A DNA stretch of 64,000 nt from Balanoglossus misakiensis. Lineage: Eukaryota > Animalia > Hemichordata. Shown piece by piece: positions 1-12,918 of the stretch. The position numbers were made by a program, and so were the translations under genes. A model generated the notes under the pieces. It saw only the letters and a program-made list of their open reading frames with translations. It was not told the origin of the DNA and did not search any database. The DNA is taken from assembly GCA_040954595.2 (NCBI GenBank), contig CM082598.2, positions 992,001-1,056,000 on the forward strand, written 5' to 3'. The first letter of the stretch is position 1. Every line of letters begins with the position of its first letter.

Positions 1-199
1 GAAATTTAGCACTTTAGCCATCTTGATCTGAAGTGAAGGAGATATGAAGTTAACATTAGTTGATGCCATTTTGTGTATTGACTTCTGTATCATTTTATTG
101 TTGAAAACTGTCAGCCTGTATTTGGTATTTACATTTACTGCTGTTTCTTATATTTGAGATCCTGTTTCTTGACAATTTGCAAGCCTGTATCTTGATTTT

Positions 200-1690
200 A
201 TCATTAGACATAGGGCCATTAGACTTAGGGTCTTTAGACTTAGGGTCACTAAACTTGGATTTATAAGACTGGTAAGAAGACCTTGAGACTGGTAAGAAGA
301 CCTTAGGACCGGTAAGAAGTACATACGACCGGTAAGAAGTTCTTAAGCTCAACTTTTTTAGAATTAGGGTCCTAACACTTAGACTTGTTTAGACTTTAGA
401 GATCCTGTTTCTTGACAATTTGCAAGCCTGTATCTTGATTTTATCATTAGACATAGGGCCATTAGACTTTATGAGACTTAGGGTCATAACACTTAGCCTT
501 TTTGAGACTTAGACTTTTTTAGACTTAGTCTTTTTGAGACTTAGACTTTTTTAGACTTAGCCTTTTTGAGACTTAGACTTTTTTAGACTTAAACTTTTTG
601 AGACTTAGGGTCATAAGACTTAGATTTTTTGAGACTTAGGGTCATAAGACTTAGGGTCATAAGACTTAGACTTTTTTAGACTTAGTCTTTTTGAGACTTA
701 GACTTTTTTAGACTTAGTCTTTTTGAGACTTAGACTTTTTTAGACTTAGCCTTTTTGAGACTTAGACTTTTTTAGACTTAAACTTTTTTTAGACTTAAAC
801 TTTTTTTAGACTTAAACTTTTTTTAGACTTAGGGTCATTAGACTTTTTGAGACTTAGGGTCATAACACTTAGCCTTTTTGAGACTTAGACTTTTTAGACT
901 TAGCCTTTTTGAGACTTAGACTCTTTTTTAGACTTAGCCTTTTTGAGACTTAGACTTTTTTAGACTTAAACTTTTTGAGACTTAGGGTCATAAGACTTAG
1001 ATTTTTTGAGACTTAGGGTCATAAGACTTAGATTTTTTTAGACTTAAACTTTTTTTAGACTTAAACTTTTTTTAGACTTATGGTCATTAGACTTTTTGAG
1101 ACTTAGGGTCATAACACTTAGCCTTTTTGAGACTTAGACTTTTTTAGACTGAAACTTTTTTTTGACTTAAACATTTTTTAGACTTAGACGTTTTTAGACT
1201 TAGGGTCATTAGACTTTATGAGACTTAATGTCATAACACTTAGCCTTTTTGAGACTTAGACTTTTTAGACTTAGCCTTTTTGAGACTTAGACTTTTTTAG
1301 ACTTAGCCTTTTTGAGACTTAGACTTTTTTAGACTTAAACTTTTTTTAGACTTAAACTTTTTTTAGACTTAGGGTCATTAGCCTTTTTGAGACTTAGACT
1401 TTTTTAGACTTAAACTTTTTGAGACTTAGGGTCATAAGACTTAGGGTCATTAGACTTTCTGAGACTTAGGGTCATAACACTTAGCCTTTTTGAGACTTAG
1501 ACTTTTTTAGACTTAAACTTTTTGAGACTTAGGGTCATAAGACTTAGCCTTTTTGAGACTTAGACTTTTTCAGACTTAAACTTTTTGAGACTTAGGGTCA
1601 TAAGACTTAAACTTTTTTAGACTTAAACTTTTTGAGACTTAGGGTCATAAGAGTCATAGGTCAAGACATAGGTCATAAGAGTCATAGGTC
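200..1690. repeat. Degenerate satellite of AGACTT / GACTTAGGGTCATAA / GACTTTTTT subunits (left arm)
   Basis: Irregular tandem reiteration of gacttagactttttt and gacttagggtcataa. It is the reverse complement of the block at 4755-5650. Confidence 0.9.
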
Positions 1691-1817
1691 ATAGGTCATA
1701 GGTCATAGGTCAAGACTAAGACTAAGACTAAGACTAAGACTAAGACTAAGACTCAGACTCAGACTCAGACTCAGACTCAGACTCAGACTCAGACTCAGAC
1801 TCAGACTCAGACTCAGA
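1690..1817. repeat. Short hexamer runs (GGTCATA)n, (AGACTA)n, (AGACTC)n
   Basis: Read directly from the sequence; these form the transition into the long AAGTCT array. Confidence 0.9.
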
Positions 1818-2800
1818 GTCTAAGTCTAAGTCTAAGTCTAAGTCTAAGTCTAAGTCTAAGTCTAAGTCTAAGTCTAAGTCTAAGTCTAAGTCTAAGTCTA
1901 AGTCTAAGTCTAAGTCTAAGTCTAAGTCTAAGTCTAAGTCTAAGTCTAAGTCTAAGTCTAAGTCTAAGTCTAAGTCTAAGTCTAAGTCTAAGTCTAAGTC
2001 TAAGTCTAAGTCTAAGTCTAAGTCTAAGTCTAAGTCTAAGTCTAAGTCTAAGTCTAAGTCTAAGTCTAAGTCTAAGTCTAAGTCTAAGTCTAAGTCTAAG
2101 TCTAAGTCTAAGTCTAAGTCTAAGTCTAAGTCTAAGTCTAAGTCTAAGTCTAAGTCTAAGTCTAAGTCTAAGTCTAAGTCTAAGTCTAAGTCTAAGTCTA
2201 AGTCTAAGTCTAAGTCTAAGTCTAAGTCTAAGTCTAAGTCTAAGTCTAAGTCTAAGTCTAAGTCTAAGTCTAAGTCTAAGTCTAAGTCTAAGTCTAAGTC
2301 TAAGTCTAAGTCTAAGTCTAAGTCTAAGTCTAAGTCTAAGTCTAAGTCTAAGTCTAAGTCTAAGTCTAAGTCTAAGTCTAAGTCTAAGTCTAAGTCTAAG
2401 TCTAAGTCTAAGTCTAAGTCTAAGTCTAAGTCTAAGTCTAAGTCTAAGTCTAAGTCTAAGTCTAAGTCTAAGTCTAAGTCTAAGTCTAAGTCTAAGTCTA
2501 AGTCTAAGTCTAAGTCTAAGTCTAAGTCTAAGTCTAAGTCTAAGTCTAAGTCTAAGTCTAAGTCTAAGTCTAAGTCTAAGTCTAAGTCTAAGTCTAAGTC
2601 TAAGTCTAAGTCTAAGTCTAAGTCTAAGTCTAAGTCTAAGTCTAAGTCTAAGTCTAAGTCTAAGTCTAAGTCTAAGTCTAAGTCTAAGTCTAAGTCTAAG
2701 TCTAAGTCTAAGTCTAAGTCTAAGTCTAAGTCTAAGTCTAAGTCTAAGTCTAAGTCTAAGTCTAAGTCTAAGTCTAAGTCTAAGTCTAAGTCTAAGTCTA
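1818..2800. repeat. Perfect (TCTAAG)n hexamer array, ~1 kb
   Basis: Uninterrupted tctaag repeats. Confidence 0.98.
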
Positions 2801-3235
2801 CTTCTACTTCTACTTCTACTTCTACTTCTACTTCTACTTCTACTTCTACTTCTACTTCTACTTCTACTTCTACTTCTACTTCTACTTCTACTTCTACTTC
2901 TACTTCTACTTCTACTTCTACTTCTACTTCTACTTCTACTTCTACTTCTACTTCTACTTCTACTTCTACTTCTACTTCTACTTCTACTTCTACTTCTACT
3001 TCTACTTCTACTTCTACTTCTACTTCTACTTCTACTTCTACTTCTACTTCTACTTCTACTTCTACTTCTACTTCTACTTCTACTTCTACTTCTACTTCTA
3101 CTTCTACTTCTACTTCTACTTCTACTTCTACTTCTACTTCTACTTCTACTTCTACTTCTACTTCTACTTCTACTTCTACTTCTACTTCTACTTCTACTTC
3201 TACTTCTACTTCTACTTCTACTTCTACTTCTACTT
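2801..3235. repeat. Perfect (CTTCTA)n hexamer array
   Basis: Uninterrupted cttcta repeats. Confidence 0.98.
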
Positions 3236-3630
3236 ATACTTATACTTATACTTATACTTAATACTTAATACTTATACTTAATACTTAATACTTAATACTT
3301 AATACTTAATACTTAATACTTAATACTTAATACTTAATACTTAATACTTAATACTTAATACTTAATACTTAATACTTAATACTTAATACTTAATACTTAA
3401 TACTTAATACTTAATACTTAATACTTAATACTTAATACTTAATACTTAATACTTAATACTTAATACTTAATACTTAATACTTAATACTTAATACTTAATA
3501 CTTAATACTTAATACTTAATACTTAATACTTAATACTTAATACTTAATACTTAATACTTAATACTTAATACTTAATACTTAATACTTAATACTTAATACT
3601 TTATACTTAATACTTAATACTTAATACTTA
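3236..3630. repeat. (ATACTT)n changing to a (ATACTTA)n heptamer array
   Basis: A few atactt units followed by a long atactta array. Confidence 0.97.
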
Positions 3631-3770
3631 GAAAATATAGCGCGCCGCGTTGCGGCGCAATATTACCACACCAAAAAAATAACGCGCTCCGGCGTCGCGG
3701 CGCTACGCGCCGCACATAATACATACCACAGTACAGCGTCCCGTCGCGCGTAAAAAATTGCGCGATTCAT
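3628..3770 (-). mobile_element. Helitron-like 3' terminus (GC hairpin plus CTRR) in a CpG-rich unique island
   Basis: The minus strand reads GCGCCGC-AAC-GCGGCGC (7-bp stem, 3642-3658), a 10-nt spacer, then CTAA (3631-3628). This is the usual Helitron 3'-end layout. No RepHel ORF or 5' end was identified. Confidence 0.45.
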
Positions 3771-3771
3771 C

Positions 3772-4335
3772 ACAGCAGGCACGGGGGACGTCGCGGGGAT
3801 GGGAAATTTAGATTGATGACAGCAGGCACGGGGGACGTCGCGGGGATGGGAAATTTAGATTGATGACAGCAGGCGCGGGGGACGTCGCGGGGATGGAAAA
3901 TTTACATTGATGACAGCAGGCACGGGGGGCGTCGCGGGGATGGGACATTTAGATTGATGACAGCAGGCACGGGGGGCGTCGCGGGGATGGGACATTTAGA
4001 TTGATGACAGCAGGCACAGGGGACGTCGCGGGGATGGAAAATTTACATTGATGACAGCAGGCACGGGGGCGTCGCGGGGATGGGAAATTTAGATTGATGA
4101 CACCAGGCACGGGGGACGTCGCGGGGATGGGAAATTTAGATTGATGACAGCAGGCACGGGGGACGTCGCGGGGATGGGAAATTTAGATTGATGACAGCAG
4201 GCGGGGGGGGCGTCGCGGGGATGGGAAATTTAGATTGATAACAGCAGGCGGCGGGGGCGTCGCGGGGATGGGAAATTTAGATTCATGACAGCAGGCACGG
4301 GGGGCGTCTCGAGGATGGGGAAATTTAGATTGATG
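3772..4335. repeat. 47-bp GC-rich minisatellite, ~12 copies
   Basis: Unit acagcaggcacgggggacgtcgcggggatgggaaatttagattgatg, starting at 3772, 3819 and so on; it degenerates after ~4335. Confidence 0.95.
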
Positions 4336-4754
4336 GGGGGCGTCGTGGGGAAATATAGATTGATGATAGAGGGGCGCGGGGAAATTTAGATTGATGATAG
4401 AGGGGTGCAGCGCAGGGAAATTAAGATTGATGATAGAGGGGTATGATATAGTGTAGTGAACTTAGATTGATGATAGCAGGGTAAGTTACGTGTATATAGT
4501 GCAGTGAACTTAGTTTAATAATAGGCATTGGTAGGGATAACTTAGATTACAGTGTCAGATGCTCATAACTGTCATCTGCTCATAAATAAAGGCTTTCTAT
4601 TAAAAGTTCACTTTTATCAATTGCCAATAAGCCATACACTTAACTCAACTTAGACTAAGTTACCCCCCAATTAAACTCAACAAAGCTACCCACTACATAC
4701 ACCTAAGTTGCCCCTATAATTAATCTAAGTTCCCCCCACTACATACATCTACGT

Positions 4755-5650
4755 CTTAGTCTTGACCTAAGTCAAAAAAAAGTCTAAGTCTTATAACCCC
4801 AAGTCTTATGACTCTAAGTCTATAAACAGTTTAAGTCTAAAAACAGTCTAAGTCTTATGACCCAAAGTCTAAGTGTTAGGACCCTGTCTTATGAGTCTAA
4901 AAAAAGTTTAAGTATAATGACCCTAGGTCTCAATAAAATCTAAGTCTTATGAGTCTAAGTCTATAAACAGTTTAAGTCTAAAAACAGTCTAAGTCTTATG
5001 ACCCCAAGTCTTATGAGTCTAAGTCTAAAAACAGTTTAAGTCTAAAAACAGTCTAAGTCTTATGACCCAAAGTCTAAGTGTTAGGACCCTGTCTTATGAG
5101 TCTAAAAAAAGTTTAAGTCTAATAACCCTAGGTCTCAATAAAATCTAAGTCTTATGAGTCTAAGTCTATAAACAGTTTAAGTATAAAAACAGTCTAAGTC
5201 TCAAAAAATCTAAGTCTTATGACCCCAAGTCTTATGAGTCTAAGTGTTAGGACCCTGTCTTATGAGTCTAAAAAAGTCTAAGTCTAAAGACCCTAGGTCT
5301 CAATAAAATCTAAGTCTTGAGTCTAAGTCTATAAACAGTTTAAGTCTAAGTCTTATGACCCCAAGTCTTATGAGTCTAAGTCTAAAAACAGTTTAAGTCT
5401 AAAAACAGTCTAAGTCTAAAAACACTCTAAGTGTTAGGACCCTGTCTTATGAGTCTAAAAAAGTCTAAGTCTAAAGACCCTAGGTCTCAATAAAACCTAA
5501 GTCTTGTGACCCTATGTCTAAAAAAGTCTAAGTGTTAGGACCCTGTCTTATGAGTCTAAAAAAAAGTTTAAGTCTAAAAAAGTCTAAGTCTAATGACCCT
5601 AGGTCTCAATAAAATCTAAGTCTTATGACCCCAAGTCTTATGAGTCTAAG
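4755..5650. repeat. Degenerate AAGTCT satellite (right arm, inverted relative to 200-1690)
   Basis: For example, agtctaagtgttaggaccct (4866) is the exact reverse complement of agggtcctaacacttagact (366). Confidence 0.9.
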
Positions 5651-8600
5651 TTCCCCCCACTACATACATCTAAGTTACCCCCTATCATAAATCTAAGTTG
5701 CCCCTATAATCTAAGTTCCCCCCACTACATACATCTAAGTTACCCCCCTATAATTAATCTAAGTTCCCCCCACTACATACATCTAAGTTACCCCCCTATC
5801 ATAAATCTAAGTTGCCCCTATAATCTAAGTTCCCCCACTACATACATCTAAGTTTCCCCTAACTTACCCCCTTATCATAAATCTAAGTTGCCCCTATAAT
5901 CTAAGTTCCCCCTACTACGTACACCTAAGTTCCCCCCACTACATACATCTAAGTTACCCCTAAGTTACCCCCCTATCATAAATCTAAGATGCCCCTATAA
6001 TCTAAGTTCCCCCCCCTATCATAAATCTAAGTTGCCCCTATAATCTAAGTTCCCCCCATTACATACATCTAAGTTACCCCTATCATAAATCTAAGTTCCC
6101 CCCACTACGTACATCTAAGTTACCCCCACTACATACATCTAAGTTACCCCTAAGTTACCCCCCTATCATAAATCTAAGTTGCCCCTATAATCTAAGTTCC
6201 CCCCACTACATACATCTAAGTTACCCCCCTATCATAAATCTAAGTTGCCCCTATAATTAATCTAAGTCCCCCCCACTACGTACACCTAAGTTCCCCCCAC
6301 TACATACATCTAAGTTACCCTCCTATCATAAATCTAAGTTGCCCCTATAATCTAAGTTCCCCCCACTACGTACACCTAAGTTCCCCCACTACATACATCT
6401 AAGTTACCCCCTTATCATAAATCTAAATTGCCCCTATAATCTAAGTTCCCCCCACTACGTACACCTAAGTTCCCCCACTACATACATCTAAGTTACCCCC
6501 TTATCATAAATCTAAGTTGCCCCTATAATCTAAGTTCCCCCCACTACATACATCTAAGTTACCCCCCTATCATAAATCTAAGTTGCCCCTACAATCTAAG
6601 TTCCCCCCACTACATACATCTAAGTTACCCCCCTATAATTAATCTAAGTTCCCCCCACTACATACATCTAAGTTACCCCCCTATCATAAATCTAAGTTGC
6701 CCCTATAATCTAAGTTCCCCCACTACATACATCTAAGTTTCCCCTAACTTACCCCCTTATCATAAATCTAAGTTGCCCCTATAATCTAAGTTCCCCCTAC
6801 TACGTACACCTAAGTTCCCCCCACTACATACATCTAAGTTACCCCTAAGTTACCCCCCTATCATAAATCTAAGATGCCCCTATAATCTAAGTTCCCCCCC
6901 CTATCATAAATCTAAGTTGCCCCTATAATCTAAGTTCCCCCCATTACATACATCTAAGTTACCCCCTATCATAAATCTAAGTTCCCCCCACTACGTACAT
7001 CTAAGTTACCCCCACTACATACATCTAAGTTACCCCTAAGTTACCCCCCTATCATAAATCTAAGTTGCCCCTATAATCTAAGTTCCCCCCACTACATACA
7101 TCTAAGTTACCCCCCTATCATAAATCTAAGTTGCCCCTATAATTAATCTAAGTCCCCCCCACTACGTACACCTAAGTTCCCCCCACTACATACATCTAAG
7201 TTACCCTCCTATCATAAATCTAAGTTGCCCCTATAATCTAAGTTCCCCCCACTACGTACACCTAAGTTCCCCCACTACATACATCTAAGTTACCCCCTTA
7301 TCATAAATCTAAATTGCCCCTATAATCTAAGTTCCCCCCACTACGTACACCTAAGTTCCCCCACTACATACATCTAAGTTACCCCCTTATCATAAATCTA
7401 AGTTGCCCCTATAATCTAAGTTCCCCCCACTACATACATCTAAGTTACCCCCCTATCATAAATCTAAGTTGCCCCTACAATCTAAGTTCCCCCCACTACA
7501 TACATCTAAGTTACCCCCCTATCATAAATCTAAGTTGCCCCCACTACGTACACCTAAGCTCCCCCCACTACGTACATCTAAGTTACCCCCCTATCATAAA
7601 TCTAACTTGCCCCTATAATCTAAGTTCCCCCCACTACATACATCTAAGTTACCCCCCTATCATAAATCTAACTTGCCCCTATAATCTAAGTTCCCCCCCA
7701 CTACGTACACCTCAGTTACCCCCCTATAATTAATCCAAGTTCCCCCCACTACACACACCTAAGCTACTCCCCCTTGAATAAACTCAACTTAGACTAAGCT
7801 ACCCCCCCCCATAATTAATCTAAGTTACCCCCCTATCATAAATCTAACTTGCCCCTATAATCTAAGTTACCCCCCCTATAATTAATCTATGTTCCCCCCA
7901 CTACATACATCTAAGTTACCCCCTATCATAAATCTAAGTTGCCCCTATAATCTAAGTTCCCCCCACTACATACATCTAAGTTACCCCCCTATAATTAATC
8001 TAAGTTCCCCCCACTACATACATCTAAGTTACCCCCCTATCATAAATCTAAGTTGCCCCTATAATCTAAGTTCCCCCACTACATACATCTAAGTTTCCCC
8101 TAACTTACCCCCTTATCATAAATCTAAGTTGCCCCTATAATCTAAGTTCCCCCTACTACGTACACCTAAGTTCCCCCCACTACATACATCTAAGTTACCC
8201 CTAAGTTACCCCCCTATCATAAATCTAAGATGCCCCTATAATCTAAGTTCCCCCCCTATCATAAATCTAAGTTGCCCCTATAATCTAAGTTCCCCCCATT
8301 ACATACATCTAAGTTACCCCCTATCATAAATCTAAGTTCCCCCCACTACGTACATCTAAGTTACCCCCCTATCATAAATCTAAGTTGCCCCTATAATCTA
8401 AGTTCCCCCCACTACATACATCTAAGTTACCCCTAAGTTACCCCCCTATCATAAATCTAAGTTGCCCCTATAATCTAAGTTCCCCCCACTACATACATCT
8501 AAGTTACCCCCTATCATAAATCTAAGTTGCCCCTATAATTAATCTAAGTCCCCCCCACTACGTACACCTAAGTTCCCCCCACTACATACATCTAAGTTAC

Positions 8601-10020
8601 CCCCTTATCATAAATCTAAATTGCCCCTATAATCTAAGTTCCCCCCACTACGTACACCTAAGTTCCCCCACTACATACATCTAAGTTACCCCCTTATCAT
8701 AAATCTAAGTTGCCCCTATAATCTAAGTTCCCCCCACTACATACATCTAAGTTACCCCCCTATCATAAATCTAAGTTGCCCCTACAATCTAAGTTCCCCC
8801 CACTACATACATCTAAGTTACCCCCCTATCATAAATCTAAGTTGCCCCCACTACGTACACCTAAGCTCCCCCCACTACGTACATCTAAGTTACCCCCCTA
8901 TCATAAATCTAACTTGCCCCTATAATCTAAGTTACCCCCCTATCATTAATCTACTTTCCTCCCACTACATACACCTAAGTTACCCCCCTATCATCAATCT
9001 AACTTGCCCCTATAATCTAAGTTACCCCCCCTATAATTAATCTATGTTCCCCCCACTACATACACCTAAGCTATGATTAACCTAAGTTACCCCCTATCAT
9101 TAATATAACTTCCCCCCACTACATACACCTAAGTTACCCCCCTATCATTAATCTACTTTACTCCCACTACATACACCTAAGTTACCCCCCTATCATCAAT
9201 CTAACTTGCCCCTATAATCTACGTTCCCCCCACTACATACACCTAAGTTACCCCCTATCAGTAATCTAACTTACCCCTATAATCTTAACTTCCCCCCACT
9301 ACATACACCTAAGCTATGATTAATCTAAGTTGCCCCTAAGCAAAGCTCCCCCCTATGATTAATCTAAGTTACCCCACTACACACACCTAAGCTGCTCCCC
9401 CCTGAATAAACTCAACTTAGACTAAGCTACCCCCCCAATAATTAATCTAAGTTCCCCCCACTACATACACCTAAGTTATGATTCATCTAACTTGCCCCTA
9501 TAATCTAAGTTACCCCCACTACACACACCTAAGCTGCTCCCCCCTGAATAAACTCAACTTAGACTAAGCTACCCCCCCAATAATTAATCTAAGTTCCCCC
9601 CACTACATACACCTAAGTTATGATTAATCTAACTTGCCCCTATAATCTAAGTTACCCCCACTACATACACCTAAGCTAAGCTACCCCCACCTCAGCTTGT
9701 CCTCCCCCCCTGAATAAACTCAACTTAGACCAAGCTACCCCCCCAATAATTAATCTAAGTTCCCCCCACTACATACACCTAAGTTATGATTAATCTAACT
9801 TGCCCCTATAATCTAAGTTACCCCCACTACATACACCTAAGCTAAGCTACCCCCACCTCAGCTTGTCCCCCCCCCCTGAATAAACTCAACTTAGACCAAG
9901 CTACCACCCCCCCTTGATTAAACTCAACTTAGTCTAAGCTACCACCCCCCCCCTGACTAAACTCAACTTAGACTAAGCTACCCCCCCCTGATTAAACTCG
10001 ACTGTCCTAAGCTACACCCC
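5645..10020. repeat. C-rich composite satellite of ~18-26-bp CTAAG-initiated subunits with a higher-order repeat
   Basis: Subunits are ctaagttccccccactacatacat, ctaagttacccccctatcataaat and ctaagttgcccctataat. Diagnostic variants recur at 5851/6736/8092 and 5986/6871/8227. Confidence 0.95.
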
Positions 10021-11510
10021 CCTGAATAAACTCAACTTAGACTAAGCTACCCCCCAACTACACACACCTCAGCTGCTCCCCCCCTGAATAAACTCAACTT
10101 AGACTAAGCTACCCCCCAACTACACACACCTCAGCTACACCCCCCTGAATAAACTCAACTTAGACTAAGCTACCCCCCAACTACACACACCTCAGCTGCT
10201 CCCCCCCTGAATAAACTCAACTTAGACTAAGCTACCCCCCAACTACACACACCTCAGCTGCTCCCCCCTGAATAAACTCAACTTAGACTAAGCTACCCCC
10301 CAACTACACACACCTCAGCTGCTCCCCCCTGAATAAACTCAACTTAGACTAAGCTACCCCCCAACTACACACACCTCAGCTGCTCCCCCCTGAATAAACT
10401 CAACTTAGACTAAGCTACCCCCCAACTACACACACCTCAGCTGCTCCCCCCTGAATAAACTCAACTTAGACTAAGCTACCCCCCCTGAAATAACTCAACT
10501 TAGACTAAGCTACCCCCCAACTACACACACCTCAGCTGCTCCCCCCTGAATAAACTCAACTTAGACTAAGCTACCCCCCAACTACACACACCTCAGCTGC
10601 TCCCCCCCTGAATAAACTCAACTTAGACTAAGCTACCCCCCAACTACACACACCTCAGCTGCTCCCCCCCTGAATAAACTCAACTTAGACTAAGCTACCC
10701 CCCAACTACACACACCTCAGCTACACCCCCCTGAATAAACTCAACTTAGACTAAGCTACCCCCCAACTACACACACCTCAGCTGCTCCCCCCCTGAATAA
10801 ACTCAACTTAGACTAAGCTACCCCCCAACTACACACACCTCAGCTGCTCCCCCCCTGAATAAACTCAACTTAGACTAAGCTACCCCCCAACTACACACAC
10901 CTCAGCTGCTCCCCCCTGAATAAACTCAACTTAGACTAAGCTACCCCCAACTACACACACCTCAGCTGCTCCCCCCCTGAATAAACTCAACTTAGACTAA
11001 GCTACCCCCCAACTACACACACCTCAGCTACACCCCCCTGAATAAACTCAACTTAGACTAAGCTACCCCCCAACTACACACACCTCAGCTACACCCCCCT
11101 GAATAAACTCAACTTAGACTAAGCTACCCCCCAACTACACACACCTCAGCTACACCCCCCTGAATAAACTCAACTTAGACTAAGCTACCCCCCAACTACA
11201 CACACCTCAGCTGCTCCCCCCCTGAATAAACTCAACTTAGACTAAGCTACCCCCCAACTACACACACCTCAGCTGCTCCCCCCTGAATAAACTCAACTTA
11301 GACTAAGCTACCCCCCAACTACACACACCTCAGCTGCTCCCCCCTGAATAAACTCAACTTAGACTAAGCTACCCCCCAACTACACACACCTCAGCTACAC
11401 CCCCCTGAATAAACTCAACTTAGACTAAGCTACCCCCCCTGAAATAACTCAACTTAGACTAAGCTACCCCCCAACTACACACACCTCAGCTTGTTCCCCC
11501 TGAATAAACT
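10021..11510. repeat. 61-62-bp tandem minisatellite, ~24 copies
   Basis: Unit cctgaataaactcaacttagactaagctaccccccaactacacacacctcagctgctcccc. Confidence 0.96.
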
Positions 11511-12918
11511 TAACTGTCATCTGCTCACAAATAAAGGGGTTCTATGAAAAGTTCACTTTTATCAATTGTCAATAAGCCATACAATTAACTTCTGCCCAAA
11601 ATTTAGTTCATCAATTTTCTATCAAACTGTTCATTTAAATAGAAAGTGAAATCATGCAGAAATATATAATTGGAAACGAAATGTCTTTCAATTGACCAAC
11701 CTTTGACCCGTACAAACACTCCTAAAATTCATTCTTTGCCATCCCACTTCTTTCAAAATTGCACAGGAATCAATGACTGTAAGTACTGCAACTTTTCGTT
11801 CATTATCAGTGGAAAGACAGACAGCAGTTACAAGCCCTCAATGAACACCACACCACCACTGGCCCAAACTCATTCCAAAATGAAACATTCAACCAATGTG
11901 CATACACAAAATCTATGTAAGAACGCTATAAGCCTAAACGAGCACAAAGAGCATCTTCATCTTTGACCATTCTATTGGGATATGAAACCCCACAAAGTAC
12001 TTTATACAGCAAATGGATAAAGTTGTTTCCAAAAAAACAAGTTTGCCCAAACACCTGCAATTTACAACCCCACAGGATCCTGTAAATCAATTTTAAAATA
12101 GACACAGCTGGAGTTTTATAATTTTGGAATGGTAAATAACAAAACAATCCTCAGAAATAGTCAAAAATCTTACCATTACTTCAAGAACTCTGACAAATAT
12201 CACTTCATACCCTCAAAGCAACTGCATATGTGGTTATAGTAATAATTTTTGACAAAAGAAAGAGACACAAAATCCAACAAATGTCACGTTCAAAAACAAA
12301 AATTCCTGATATTGGCACGAACATAAAGAATTTATATAACCCCTTTAGGCTTCATGCAAATCAATTTTAACAGCAGTTGGCCAGTATTTTATTTTTACTT
12401 TTCACCACTGTTTCATCTTTTCAGCTAATATATACTTTTGGTGGGGATGATTCATTTCAACAAAATCTCATGTACACCACAGCATGCATCAACAAGATTT
12501 TTGCAATACATGGACAACAAATGGGACCTAAACAAATTCCACCACAAAATTATTACATCTTTCCAAGAATCCCATCAGCGCTCTCCCTGTGATGGCCATT
12601 TTTGTTCATAATCTACCTTTTAGTGAAATTATATCTTCCTTAGTTTACATTCTCCGTTGATTAAACGGCATAATATAGTGCCACCTGATACGTCACTTCA
12701 TTAGGTTAGAAGATAGTAACAAGGCACTAATAATTTCTATAAATGTGCTGTCATACAGGACAAATGACAAGAATTTACTGCAATATCCATGTGTCTGCCA
12801 AGCTACCAGAATAAAATGAATTTTGACCAAAAAGAACAAAAGAAAACCTAATAGCAATTTCCATGAGTATCTCAAACATATTTCATAGCTATCACGCAAA
12901 AAATTCCACAAAAATACC

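Noticed and set aside
200-1650. TTAGGG motifs suggesting a telomere
   Set aside because: They occur singly within gacttagggtc units and never as tandem (TTAGGG)n.
7889-8092. 67-aa repetitive ORF
   Set aside because: It is a chance translation of satellite DNA.
3772-11510. CRISPR-like regular repeats
   Set aside because: There are no unique spacers and no cas genes, and the context is eukaryotic; these are tandem satellites.
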